From Promethearchaeota archaeon (GTDB lineage Archaea > Asgardarchaeota > Thorarchaeia > Thorarchaeales > Thorarchaeaceae), in contig WJMJ01000059.1 of NCBI GenBank assembly GCA_014728035.1, forward strand, positions 288,001-352,000: a stretch of 64,000 nucleotides of DNA. The letters are read 5' to 3'. The position numbers and the translations under genes were made by a program. Of the stretch, positions 29,888 to 39,994 are shown piece by piece. Positions within the stretch are counted from its first letter, which is position 1. Every line of letters begins with the position of its first letter. Below the pieces are notes generated by a model. It made no database searches. It was given only the letters and a program-made list of their open reading frames with translations, and was not told where the DNA came from.

Positions 29888-30385
29888 ATGGAACATCATA
29901 CATTCATAAAATTGATTGCAGCAGAAACAAAAACTTGGCGAGATATGGAATTAACCTTGATGGAGAAAGAAGGTTGGATAGATTTATCATATCGTCCTCG
30001 AAACAACATGTCTTCTCTTGGTTGGGTCCTAGCTCATCAAGCTATGGTGCTTGATTATACTCTTAACACACTCATTCTTGGAGATAAGCCAGTTAATCCT
30101 GAGATATTCTCAAAATATCGTCCAGGAACGGATGGCAGCTGGGATGGTATATCCCTTAAAGATATTCTTGAACTGTATGACTCTCTCGAAACAAATTTCT
30201 TGGAATGGGCTAAGTCTGCTACAGTCCAAGATTTTTCAAGAGTGGTTTCCGGTGATTCTATCCCCTCCTTCTTTTGTGGAAAGACTGTTCTTGAGATTAT
30301 CCTAAGCACATTCACACATCTTGATTATCATACTGGGCATCTTAGTGCAATTAGAAAAGATTGGCTATCAACAAGGACCTCGTAG
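29888..30385 (+). CDS. DinB-family protein
   Basis: SLGWVLAH and H.DYHTGH metal triad. Confidence 0.82.
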   Translation: MEHHTFIKLIAAETKTWRDMELTLMEKEGWIDLSYRPRNNMSSLGWVLAHQAMVLDYTLNTLILGDKPVNPEIFSKYRPGTDGSWDGISLKDILELYDSLETNFLEWAKSATVQDFSRVVSGDSIPSFFCGKTVLEIILSTFTHLDYHTGHLSAIRKDWLSTRTS

Positions 30386-30537
30386 TATTCTTTAATCATG
30401 ACCTGTTGATGCAAATCTAATTCGTCTATACATATCCGAATAGAGTTAATATTTGTAAGTTATTTAATATCTGATAACAGAAAATTACATGAAAACTGGG
30501 GACCTGTAATTTTACTCTGCAGAAATGGTGAAATTAG

Positions 30538-31896
30538 TTGGAAATAGATTTTGTATTAATCATAGGTTTGGCGCTTGTATTGGCGTTTGTTGGTGCTTTG
30601 AGTCTGAAACGTCTAGGTGTGCCACAGATTGTGGGATTTATGTTGGCTGGACTTGTCTTAGGCCAAATTGGATTAATGAATGAAGCAGTTCTTCTTGATC
30701 TGAATTTTTTGGTTTCAATTGCGTTAGGACTCATTGGTTATAATATCGGGCTTGAGATGGAACTGAAGGCATTCAAAGGGAAAATTACGAAGTGGATTAT
30801 TATTGTTCTTATTTCAGCCATTTCTGCATTCGCTCTTGTGACACTCCTTGTTCATACAATTACCGGAAATATTGTACTTGCTCTTATTTTAGGTGGACTT
30901 GCGAGTGCTACCGCTCCAGCAGCAACAGCTGATGTAATCTGGGAAAATCAATGTGAGGGGCCTGTATCTGAAACCCTGATGTTTGTTCTTGCTTTCGACG
31001 ATATAATTGCTGTAGTACTTACAGGTGCAACTATCGCATTTGGTCTATGGGTATTCGCTCCAGCAATCTATCCTTTTGCATCAGTTATCATTAATCCTTT
31101 AATTGAAATCATATTTTCTACTGCATTTGGATTATTCTTTGGACTGATATTTATTCAAGCGGTAAACCGTTTCAAGGATCGCGGTCGACTTTTGGAGATG
31201 GAATTAGGCATGATTTTTCTTCTAGTTGGGTTGGCTAACACATTTCATTTCAGTGACATCTTTGTCTGTATTGTGTATGGGTTCATGGTTGGTAATTTCG
31301 TTAAGCGTGATACAGAGCAACTACCTCATTTATTGAAGCGAATTATGTCGCCAATTGTAATGATATTTTTCGTGATAGTTGGTGCCAAAATTGAAATTGA
31401 GTTATTCTTGGGCGAAACTGGACCATTTGTATTCATATTGGCTCTAACATACATCGTTGGTATGGTATCTGCCAAATATACTGGGACTTTTGTTGGATCA
31501 ACAATAACTGGAAGTCCTGATACAGTTAGAAAATATTTGGGAGCTTGTCTATTTTGTCAGGCGGGTGTAGCACTGGGGCTTGGATTCATAATTGAAGAAA
31601 CCTTCTTAGAAATTGGTGGTGAAGCAGCTGTGATTGGCAGTTTGATTCTAAGTGTTGTTGGAGTTGCCACTATGATTCTTGAGATGATTGGCCCCATTTC
31701 AGTAAAGTGGGCATTAGGAAAAGCTGGTGAGATTCCAATTCACGGAGAACTATTCACACCTCATGACTACATCTTTGATGAGCGAGAAATATTTGATGAA
31801 CTAGCTACACTCTATGAGATGGATGATGAGGAATCCTCAACAGATGATGTCTTTGATGAACTCGGAGCTCTCTATGAAATGGGCGAAGAGGAGTGA
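30538..31896 (+). CDS. Cation:proton antiporter (CPA family), paralog of 25350
   Basis: ALGLIGYNIGLE shared with the paralog; ATAPA, FDD and QAGVALGL. Confidence 0.88.
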   Translation: MEIDFVLIIGLALVLAFVGALSLKRLGVPQIVGFMLAGLVLGQIGLMNEAVLLDLNFLVSIALGLIGYNIGLEMELKAFKGKITKWIIIVLISAISAFALVTLLVHTITGNIVLALILGGLASATAPAATADVIWENQCEGPVSETLMFVLAFDDIIAVVLTGATIAFGLWVFAPAIYPFASVIINPLIEIIFSTAFGLFFGLIFIQAVNRFKDRGRLLEMELGMIFLLVGLANTFHFSDIFVCIVYGFMVGNFVKRDTEQLPHLLKRIMSPIVMIFFVIVGAKIEIELFLGETGPFVFILALTYIVGMVSAKYTGTFVGSTITGSPDTVRKYLGACLFCQAGVALGLGFIIEETFLEIGGEAAVIGSLILSVVGVATMILEMIGPISVKWALGKAGEIPIHGELFTPHDYIFDEREIFDELATLYEMDDEESSTDDVFDELGALYEMGEEE

Positions 31897-31903
31897 AATC
31901 AAG

Positions 31904-31932
31904 AAGAGGTCATTAGACCTCTTTTCCTTTTA
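31904..31932 (+). terminator. Hairpin plus T-tract
   Basis: AAGAGGTC-ATTA-GACCTCTT followed by a T-rich run. Confidence 0.55.
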
Positions 31933-31980
31933 ATTTCAGGAATTCTCGGATATGAACTTCTATCTCTTTTTGTAGCTCTG

Positions 31981-32439
31981 TTAATTCATCTTTGAGATGA
32001 GTTGTTTGATTTCCTTTATTCCTAAATTTGCCCAATGGAATTTCTTTATTTCTTCATTGTAATGTGTAATTCTTGAGTAGGTTTCCCAGAGCATCTTTCT
32101 TTCTGATTCTGGAAGATATTCTGCTCTACCAGAACGAATTCCAAATATCCAGAAGCCTTTTCGTAGTGGGATTTCATCTTCAAGCAGTTCGAGATTAACA
32201 ATAAGCTCATCAGCTAAATCATTACTAAGAGTTCTACTAGATTTTTCATTATTCCTTTTTTTGAAATATTCACCAAGCGATGTCCCTCCCAACATGCCTA
32301 AAAAATTGGAGATTAGTCTTGTCCCATCATTAAAAGCTGTTCCAAATGGCAAAAGTGATAATACCAAAATACTACCGGAAAGGGCTACACAAAAGAATAC
32401 ACCTAACCATATTCTTGATTCTTTCATATCTCGAATCAC
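31981..32439 (-). CDS. Hypothetical membrane protein (possibly frameshifted at the C-terminus)
   Basis: Two N-terminal TMs, then L.DEL..N motif. Confidence 0.6.
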   Translation of the reverse strand: MIRDMKESRIWLGVFFCVALSGSILVLSLLPFGTAFNDGTRLISNFLGMLGGTSLGEYFKKRNNEKSSRTLSNDLADELIVNLELLEDEIPLRKGFWIFGIRSGRAEYLPESERKMLWETYSRITHYNEEIKKFHWANLGIKEIKQLISKMN

Positions 32440-32531
32440 AGCTTCTTAAAGTGATCAAACACTACTCAATTTTCTGTATCAAAAACTATCGTAAAAGATT
32501 TCAAGGTATTACTCTCTGATTCTAGAGAGGA

Positions 32532-33545
32532 ATGTTAATGAGAAAACTCGCACGCCTAACTCCAGTAGTGATATTATTCTCGTTGATTTTCATGAGTTCC
32601 ACAGGATTTTCTAATATGACAAGCACAGCCCGTCCCATTAGCCAGTCCTATTATTCACAATGGGAAGGTGGTCTTATAATAGACCACACCTGTCTTGAAT
32701 TTGATACTATCCCATTTGGTTCTATTCAAGCAGCTCAATCAAATGTCAAGTTTCACTATGCTCATACAAGTCATGGAGGTCAGATCACCACTGGACTGGG
32801 GCTAATTGAAGGTACCAACTCATCATACAGTGTGTCAATAGGATATGCTAGTCTTCCTACTACAGAAGATGCTCTATGTATCTTTGATGGGCAGGCAAAT
32901 AATGGGGGGGACACATATATCACACCTGATGAATATTGGGAAGAAGAGTCTGGAGTTCAGTTGACTCAAGGCACACTAGATGATAATCCGTCGTTAACAG
33001 TTTCAATGTGGTCTTGGTGCACTCAACTAAACTCATACTCCACCACACAGGCTCAATCTTATCTTGATACAATTACTGCTTTGGAGGAAGAGAATCCTGA
33101 TGTTACATTTGTGTATATGACATGTAATGCTCAGGCTACTGACTCATCGGGATACAATAGATGGTTGAACAACGAGCTGATTAGAGAATATTGTATTGAA
33201 AATGACAAAGTACTCTTCGATTTTGCTGATCTCGATAGTTGGTATAACGGTGAACAAAACACCTATCGTTATCATGAGGGCAGTACAAATTATCAGGTAC
33301 CTGTTGAACACGAAGAGTTCAATGGTGACGAAGCAGGTCACACCACTTATTCTAGTTGTGAACAAAAAGCGAAAGCTTTCTGGTGGATGGTCGCACAACT
33401 TGCTGGTTGGAACACTCCAACGAATACCACCACCGGAGATGAACCAAATCTCCCCACCAATACATTTCTATCAAGTGGGCTGATTATTGGTGGCATTGCA
33501 GCACTTGTTCTGTTTTCTGCTGTAGTATTATACTACCGGTCTTGA
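32532..33545 (+). CDS. Secreted, C-terminally membrane-anchored SGNH-like protein
   Basis: Signal peptide; HTSHG.Q, MWSWC, VYMT and LFDFAD; Thr-rich linker and C-terminal TM. Confidence 0.6.
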   Translation: MLMRKLARLTPVVILFSLIFMSSTGFSNMTSTARPISQSYYSQWEGGLIIDHTCLEFDTIPFGSIQAAQSNVKFHYAHTSHGGQITTGLGLIEGTNSSYSVSIGYASLPTTEDALCIFDGQANNGGDTYITPDEYWEEESGVQLTQGTLDDNPSLTVSMWSWCTQLNSYSTTQAQSYLDTITALEEENPDVTFVYMTCNAQATDSSGYNRWLNNELIREYCIENDKVLFDFADLDSWYNGEQNTYRYHEGSTNYQVPVEHEEFNGDEAGHTTYSSCEQKAKAFWWMVAQLAGWNTPTNTTTGDEPNLPTNTFLSSGLIIGGIAALVLFSAVVLYYRS

Positions 33546-33648
33546 GAGTTTCTCTTATTGGGGTTGGAGTGCACCGCGCTCCATCAATCCACAATATCAA
33601 TAAAGCTTCAATTTGTTATTCAATTATAGTAGAAATGGAGAAACTTGC

Positions 33649-34371
33649 ATGCCATTTGATGAAAAAGACGAAACTCCTGAAGATAGATTTCTTGGATTTG
33701 CAATCCCCATTGGGATACTCTTTATTGTGCTCCTTGCTACCGGAGTCATTTGGTTACTCATTCCTATTGTGATACTACTTCTTATTTTCATTTCAAATAT
33801 GTATGAAGAACGGCAGATGCTCTCAGCTCAACATAACATGGATCATTGGGTTGCTCCTGGAGAAGAAACCTTGTCTTCTGGAACTCGTTCAAGTGGAGCA
33901 AGTAAGAAACCTATCTTTGACAGAAAAAAGCAGAAAGAAGAGGGAATTACATGTGGAACTTTTATCCCAATTGTGATAATTGGTTGGTTGTATGTTGTTA
34001 CAACCTCTTGGATTTTTCTAATTCCTCTTTTTGTGTTGTTAGCTTCACTTGTTGGAGACCTCGCAAAGCGAACTCAGACCTCTTCAGAAGTTCGTGAGAA
34101 ACTAGAACGCAGTGAGGGACAATCAATACCTGAAATTGCAGATCGGACTGGTGTTCCTGAAGAACGCGTTAGACGTGTTATTGTTGAGGACAAGCGTCGT
34201 GGTGAATCTGATATTTGGTTCGATCCAGAAACCGGAAGTCGTACTTCTTCACCTGTTAGTGTAGTAGAGCCTTCTGCTAGTACTAGAACCGGTTGCGTTT
34301 ATTGTGGTTTCGCACTTAAGGAATCTGATAGATTCTGCCCATACTGCGGAGCTCCCATAATGGCTCGTTAG
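33649..34371 (+). CDS. Membrane protein with HTH-like segment and C-terminal Zn ribbon
   Basis: Two TM hairpins, SIPEIADRTGV and CVYCG...FCPYCG. Confidence 0.7.
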   Translation: MPFDEKDETPEDRFLGFAIPIGILFIVLLATGVIWLLIPIVILLLIFISNMYEERQMLSAQHNMDHWVAPGEETLSSGTRSSGASKKPIFDRKKQKEEGITCGTFIPIVIIGWLYVVTTSWIFLIPLFVLLASLVGDLAKRTQTSSEVREKLERSEGQSIPEIADRTGVPEERVRRVIVEDKRRGESDIWFDPETGSRTSSPVSVVEPSASTRTGCVYCGFALKESDRFCPYCGAPIMAR

Positions 34372-34487
34372 TTGTTGAAAGGAAGATGGATCTGTCTTCC
34401 ATCTCATCTATTTTGAATATCAATGCAATAATTTATAAGCTATTAACAATTGTTAAATTAGATGAGAAATCTTTTGGTGGTTAGGAT

Positions 34488-35291
34488 ATGAACTCTATCA
34501 ATCCAAAAATACTACAAATAATCAACTTCATAGCAGTTGTTGCTACAATTGTATTCAATCTTCTAGTAAATATTATTCCTCTAAATGGGGTTTACACTGG
34601 AGATGTGGCCAATTCGTATCCCAATTTCTTTACACCCCCTGGTTGGGTGTTTTCAATTTGGGGTGTCATATACATACTGTTAATCACTTTTGCAGTCTAT
34701 CAGGTTCGCTCAAATCAGACGGAAGAACCCTATATTCAAAAAATAGGCCTACTCTATCTGTTCAATGCTATCGCTAACATAGGCTGGCTAATAATATTCC
34801 ATTATTCATTTGGAAATCCGGGACTCTTTCTCTGGTCAGTTGTTCCTATTGTGTTGCTTTTGGTCATCTTACTATTGACATATGTGCAACTTAGCATTGG
34901 CCTGGAAGAGGTCCCTCTGAAACAGAAACTTGCAGTTCATCTGCCAATAAGTGTATATGCTGGCTGGATCTCTCTTGCAACTATTGCCAACATCGCATCA
35001 GCTCTGAATGTACTAATTCCAGGCATTCCTGCCGATCTTCAGCATCTTTGGACAGCAGCTGTGATTATCATCGCACTTCTGATTACCTTCCTTATGCTGT
35101 ATCTCCGTCATGACATTGCCTTCTCTCTTGTCGTGATCTGGGCGGGATTTGGTATTGCAATGAAACAGATGGCGATTCCAATAATCTTTGGAACCGCAAT
35201 TGCTGCAATATCTATAGTAGCTCTACTGATTATCATTCTACCGTTCATTCGCAAGCAGAGTTTTGTAGATTACTATCTAGTTCGATCTTGA
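34488..35291 (+). CDS. TspO/MBR-related tryptophan-rich membrane protein
   Basis: YPNFFTPPGWVFSIWGVIY and SVYAGWISLATIAN. Confidence 0.75.
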   Translation: MNSINPKILQIINFIAVVATIVFNLLVNIIPLNGVYTGDVANSYPNFFTPPGWVFSIWGVIYILLITFAVYQVRSNQTEEPYIQKIGLLYLFNAIANIGWLIIFHYSFGNPGLFLWSVVPIVLLLVILLLTYVQLSIGLEEVPLKQKLAVHLPISVYAGWISLATIANIASALNVLIPGIPADLQHLWTAAVIIIALLITFLMLYLRHDIAFSLVVIWAGFGIAMKQMAIPIIFGTAIAAISIVALLIIILPFIRKQSFVDYYLVRS

Positions 35292-35300
35292 TTTACTATT

Positions 35301-35330
35301 GCGGTAGCTTCCAGCTGCCGCTTTTTTTCT
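35301..35330 (+). terminator. GC hairpin plus T7 terminator
   Basis: GCGGTAGCT-TCC-AGCTGCCGC-TTTTTTT. Confidence 0.7.
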
Positions 35331-36107
35331 TTATGTTTCTTCTATAGAAAATGTTCCGACTTTGGGATTCTCTTCGAATCTCCAAGAGCCTGTTTTTCCA
35401 ACTTTTCTAGCTCCAAGTTCTGTGTGTAACATAGCAATACCACAGTCCAGTCTTTTTGAGAGTTTCAAGTCAAATTTACCATCAAAGGAAATGGTAATTG
35501 CTGAGTTTGAAAAACTGAATCTCCATGGCTGGCGATTTATTGCAGATGGTGCCAATCTTGCCGCATGTATGGCTACCTTCTGCCACTCGCTAATCACACC
35601 TTTGGAATCTAGAATCAAATCATCAACTGACTTTCTCTTGTGGTCAACATAATGCCCGATTGTATCATTCTTTTTGTCTGCAATTCCAACAGGCGAGATG
35701 CCAATAACTCTTTCATCTGATCCAAGTGCAGTAACTTCATTTGTTTTATCTGAATGGAAGAAACCTGTAATCCAACATGTGTTTAGCCCGAGTGCTGTTG
35801 CCTCAAGTATCGCTGCTTCTCCAATATATCCCATTACAACCTGATGTTCTTGTTCTTTTTGATCCACTATAAATTTCATATAGTGTGGAGCATTCTTAAC
35901 TTTGAAAATTGGGCCAATTATTCCCTTAAACGGATCTATCTCCGGTTCTCGAACTAATTCAATTCTAGCTCCGGGAAATGGTCTAAAATCTGTACATATT
36001 TTTTGTAACTTGTCTAATTTTTGGTCTTCGACTCTTTCTCCATTATACTTTCTTTGAGAATGGCGAAGAGGTATCGCATTAAACCATCTTTCAACTGGTA
36101 TCTTCAT
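35331..36107 (-). CDS. Nitroreductase family (double domain)
   Basis: RHSQRKY, LGLNTCW, ARLAPSAINRQPW and DCGIAMLH. Confidence 0.88.
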   Translation of the reverse strand: MKIPVERWFNAIPLRHSQRKYNGERVEDQKLDKLQKICTDFRPFPGARIELVREPEIDPFKGIIGPIFKVKNAPHYMKFIVDQKEQEHQVVMGYIGEAAILEATALGLNTCWITGFFHSDKTNEVTALGSDERVIGISPVGIADKKNDTIGHYVDHKRKSVDDLILDSKGVISEWQKVAIHAARLAPSAINRQPWRFSFSNSAITISFDGKFDLKLSKRLDCGIAMLHTELGARKVGKTGSWRFEENPKVGTFSIEET

Positions 36108-36718
36108 GTTCTGATTCTCGGTAATAACATAGGTACCTCATCCTTATACTCTTGGTAAGCGGAACCGAACTCGCGAACCATCTCTCTCTCCTCTATCATG
36201 CACAATAGGATATTCACCAATATGATAGGAATAGTAGCATACAACGCACTTTCAGCCTGGAATATTAAGACGATTCCAATGTGTGCCAAGATTCCGCCTA
36301 TATACTGTGGATGCCTTACTCTAGAATATATCCCAGTTGATACGACTTCTGTCGGATGATGTGTTTCAGCAACCTCAATTCCCATCTCTCGAACACCTGC
36401 GATGCCTAAATATGCTCCTGGGATTACAAATACAATTCCAAGTATGAGATGATGTAAGATTAGCTGTAATCCAAATACGGTGATGATTATTGGCTCTAAT
36501 CCTATATCTAGATAGAATCTCGGTTGAGGTGCTAACCAGATGCCAAACCAGAAGCCAAAGAATCCCCACCCAGACAACATGCCTAAAGCATTTCCAATCT
36601 TTTCTCCCGTTTCTTTACCAAATCTATCTCTCAAGGCAATATGTCTGACCGATATATAGTGAAATGGTACCATCAACACCATTCCAACAAGAAAGATTTC
36701 AAACCACATTTCACTCAC
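36104..36718 (-). CDS. Isoprenylcysteine carboxyl methyltransferase/PEMT-family membrane protein
   Basis: GIYSRVRHPQY, EE..M...FG..Y..Y...VP. Confidence 0.85.
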   Translation of the reverse strand: MSEMWFEIFLVGMVLMVPFHYISVRHIALRDRFGKETGEKIGNALGMLSGWGFFGFWFGIWLAPQPRFYLDIGLEPIIITVFGLQLILHHLILGIVFVIPGAYLGIAGVREMGIEVAETHHPTEVVSTGIYSRVRHPQYIGGILAHIGIVLIFQAESALYATIPIILVNILLCMIEEREMVREFGSAYQEYKDEVPMLLPRIRT

Positions 36719-36793
36719 ATTCTACAGATGCAATACATTGCTCTAGAGCATTCTTCATTAACCAAGAATACCTATGATATCTTGGTGAAACCT

Positions 36794-37090
36794 ATGCCAA
36801 AAGTCTACCGAATAATTGCCAAGGTTCATGAATTACGAGAAGATGCTGGAAACGGTCCCTGCAAGCTATACACTGTAGGTGATGAATTCGACCTGTCCAA
36901 ATCAGAGGAGCGAGCCAAAATATGTCGTTGGGCATTTAATTCGATGTTCCCATTCTTATCTGTTATGGAGTTCGATGGAACGTTACCTTGGGAGCCCGAC
37001 TCCGATAAAGCATACATTTCTTGCCCTGATCCACATAATGTAGTCGTGTTTGAGCTCAGGAGAGAAGGTGAATTCCAACCTGAAGATTAA
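36794..37090 (+). CDS. TIGR04076-family Cys-rich protein
   Basis: C..Y.VGDEF, IC.WAF, LPW and SCPDPHNVVVFEL; GGTGA SD. Confidence 0.78.
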   Translation: MPKVYRIIAKVHELREDAGNGPCKLYTVGDEFDLSKSEERAKICRWAFNSMFPFLSVMEFDGTLPWEPDSDKAYISCPDPHNVVVFELRREGEFQPED

Positions 37091-37179
37091 AGGTTCTGTA
37101 ATTTGATGTAATCCAATGCACTGAAATAAAGCTATATACATCCACATCAAGTACGTCATACCTAGAGGTGTAATATCTT

Positions 37180-37449
37180 ATGGCTTTTGCAGGTGGTGCA
37201 GCAGGTGGCTCAACCGCTGCTGCTACAATGCACACTAGTTCTTATCGTGTGAAGTTCAAAAAGAGGGAATTTCTAGAACTCGTTGAGATTGCCCGTCCTG
37301 ATGTTATTTACCATGTTGGACGAATCCATTTCTTTGCGTATGACGGTTTTGTTATGTATACATTCGAAGGCGAAACAGACTATTTCAGACAAAAGGGAAT
37401 CACAGTAATTGAGGCAATCGAGTTCTCAAACACTCAGTGGGCTGAATAG
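37180..37449 (+). CDS. Conserved-looking small hypothetical protein
   Basis: GAGGTG SD; Ala/Gly-rich N-terminus followed by a globular segment. Confidence 0.7.
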   Translation: MAFAGGAAGGSTAAATMHTSSYRVKFKKREFLELVEIARPDVIYHVGRIHFFAYDGFVMYTFEGETDYFRQKGITVIEAIEFSNTQWAE

Positions 37450-37525
37450 ATTCTCCCTCCCCCACTTTTTTTCATTGCGTAAGGCTATTAACTGGTTGCT
37501 CGTCGCCCTATCATAGTGGTCTGAT

Positions 37526-38479
37526 ATGACAAGGATACTAGTGACAGGCAGTTATGGCCAGATTGGTACAGAACTAATAGAAGCCCTACGAGCCAAATAC
37601 GGTGGAGAGAACATTATTGCAACAGGTCGGAAGAAACCTCCAGAAATTCTTCGAGAAGACGGTCCGTACTATCGGCTTGATGTGCTAGATGTGGACCACC
37701 TCCACAATATGCTTGTAGACTATGACATCGATATTATTCTTCACAATGCCTCTGTGTTATCTGCTGTTGGTGAAAAGAATCCTCAGCTTGCATACCGTAC
37801 AAATGTTGAAGGGTCTTACAATGTTCTTGAGGCAGCACGAATACTCAAATTGGACCAGGTAATGATTCCAAGCTCAATTGCAGCTTTTGGTCCTAGCACA
37901 CCAAAAGAGAATACACCTAATGATGTGATAATGCGCCCTACTTCTGCTTATGGTGTCACTAAAGTCTTCATAGAGCTATGGGGAGAGTACTACACGCAAC
38001 GTTATGATGTAGATTTCCGTTCTCTTCGTTATCCTGGAATCATTAGCTCTGAGGCTTTACCCGGTGGCGGAACAACTGATTATGCTGTGGAAATTTTCTA
38101 CGAAGCGTTGAAGAACAAAAAATACACCAGCTTTCTTGCTAAAGATGCTATGCTTCCGATGATGTACATGCCTGATTGCATCAAGTCAACAATTGACCTT
38201 ATCGAGGCAGATAAGAAGAGTCTTGATCATCAGAGTTTCAATGTGACCGCGATGAGCTTCACTCCTGAAGATATCGCTGCTGAGATTAAGAAGCACATCC
38301 CTGATTTTGAGATTAGTTATGAGCCTGATTTCAGACAGAAGATTGCAGAGTCATGGCCTAGATCTATTGATGATTCTACAGCTCGTGAAGAATGGGGTTG
38401 GTCCCCTGATTACGACCTTGAAGCTATGACCAAGGATATGCTTGAGAAACTCTCCAAGCGTCTTGGTATCAAATATTAG
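37526..38479 (+). CDS. tdh: L-threonine 3-dehydrogenase (extended SDR)
   Basis: TGSYGQIG, LSAVGE, PSSIAAFG, YGVTK and PGGGTTDYAV. Confidence 0.88.
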   Translation: MTRILVTGSYGQIGTELIEALRAKYGGENIIATGRKKPPEILREDGPYYRLDVLDVDHLHNMLVDYDIDIILHNASVLSAVGEKNPQLAYRTNVEGSYNVLEAARILKLDQVMIPSSIAAFGPSTPKENTPNDVIMRPTSAYGVTKVFIELWGEYYTQRYDVDFRSLRYPGIISSEALPGGGTTDYAVEIFYEALKNKKYTSFLAKDAMLPMMYMPDCIKSTIDLIEADKKSLDHQSFNVTAMSFTPEDIAAEIKKHIPDFEISYEPDFRQKIAESWPRSIDDSTAREEWGWSPDYDLEAMTKDMLEKLSKRLGIKY

Positions 38480-38756
38480 ATGTGTATAGTGATGTGCCTG
38501 AATTGGTTCATCACTTATCTCTCTTTTTCGGGAAGCTTCGTTCTATTTTTGATGCGTTCTAATAATGATGAATGCAAGATTACACCCGCAACCGCCCGCA
38601 ACCCTCGGCATAACATGGTGTTATCCGTATGACATTCCAAATTGCCAGTAAGACTTCGGCACTGAATCTGATGTAGATATCCAATAAAATCGAGAACCGT
38701 TGTAATCCCTATCAGATGAAATTTTCCATCTTTTATGAATTGCAAAAAGAGTTAGG

Positions 38757-38780
38757 CCAGCGAGATATTAACCTCGCTGG
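38757..38780 (-). terminator. Hairpin downstream of the CPBP gene
   Basis: CCAGCGAG-N8-CTCGCTGG, with a T-run on the minus strand. Confidence 0.55.
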
Positions 38781-38805
38781 ATTAAGCAAGCAGCTCATTC
38801 ATACG

Positions 38806-39921
38806 TTATTGTTCTGGATATGTTGTTAACGACATTTCAGTTCGTGATTTCATGATTGACAGTATGAAGAAGATTGCAGCGACTGTAATATAGCTCGCAA
38901 CGAGAATGATAACGTATGTCATAATCATCTCAGCTGTGAGAAGTTCGCCTCCTAGGATTATGATTACTGCAAGTTCTATCAGTGGTAGGAGAGTGATACC
39001 TACCAGGTAAATGACAATCATAATAACAAATGCTAAGGTCTTAACATTCTCAAGGTTCTCTGTCACTTTCGAAATCCACTGGCCCAGTTTCTTGTATGCC
39101 ATATATGCTCCAATTGGTAGCATAACTAGATAGACCACTCCAACAAATATGATAGCGACTATTAGTGATGCACTCAGAGTTCCAATATACGCTACGAAAG
39201 CTATTCCATTCATGACAGCATGGATGATTATTGGATATACTACATTTCTCGTCATGACATATACGATTCCTATGAAGAATCCTATAATGAATACACCTAC
39301 AAAGTGTTGGATTGCTCCAGGAACATTTCCGTTCAACAGGTCTAGTGGTACATGTGCCAATGCAAAAAGCAATGTAGAACCTACTATCGCCTCGCCCTCA
39401 TGCATCCCTCTCTCTTCCATTAAGGGGATAGCAGTTCTTCTGTAAAGCAGTTCTTCAAAAAGTGGGGCTCCTACACATCCAACTGCAAAGAATACTATTA
39501 CATTCATAGGATCTGCAAGATGCTCTTCTTCTAGATAGAGAACACCTGTATATCCACTTTCTGAAACAAGTCCAAGTGACAAAAAGATAAGCAATATGAC
39601 CAAATTTGCAATGAATGCAATAGTCATTATTATCGGAATACTAAGAAATGTGCGTTTGAATCCTTCAGAGCTAAGAGGATTATTCTTTACATCTCTGAGA
39701 CCGAGCATAGGTATAAACAATACCCCAATAACTATTGCTGCTATCAGCTGACCTACTAATGCAGTCTGGAGAGATCGAATGATGCTCTCGTCAGAAAGGA
39801 TTGGTATGCTCAAGTTGATTCCAAGGAGTATCAGTTGCACAATCGAGAGTAATGTTGAACCTGCAACCAAAACAGCAGCAGGTACAAAAAACCGTAATGC
39901 CTTTCCATCCTGATTTTCCAT
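38806..39921 (-). CDS. CPBP (Rce1/Abi, type II CAAX) intramembrane glutamic protease
   Basis: EELLYR, FALAH and HAVMN motifs. Confidence 0.88.
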   Translation of the reverse strand: MENQDGKALRFFVPAAVLVAGSTLLSIVQLILLGINLSIPILSDESIIRSLQTALVGQLIAAIVIGVLFIPMLGLRDVKNNPLSSEGFKRTFLSIPIIMTIAFIANLVILLIFLSLGLVSESGYTGVLYLEEEHLADPMNVIVFFAVGCVGAPLFEELLYRRTAIPLMEERGMHEGEAIVGSTLLFALAHVPLDLLNGNVPGAIQHFVGVFIIGFFIGIVYVMTRNVVYPIIIHAVMNGIAFVAYIGTLSASLIVAIIFVGVVYLVMLPIGAYMAYKKLGQWISKVTENLENVKTLAFVIMIVIYLVGITLLPLIELAVIIILGGELLTAEMIMTYVIILVASYITVAAIFFILSIMKSRTEMSLTTYPEQ

Positions 39922-39994
39922 TATCCTTCAATCCTTGAAATCCCGATACCACAAGGCTTAATCAGTCTTCTTTACAGTGCAGTTTGATACACAA

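Noticed and set aside
38608-38757. GCATAAC ... GTTAGGC as a possible integron attC site
   Set aside because: The cores are not complementary, no internal L-box symmetry is evident, there is no integrase or cassette array, and GTTAGGC abuts an ordinary terminator hairpin.
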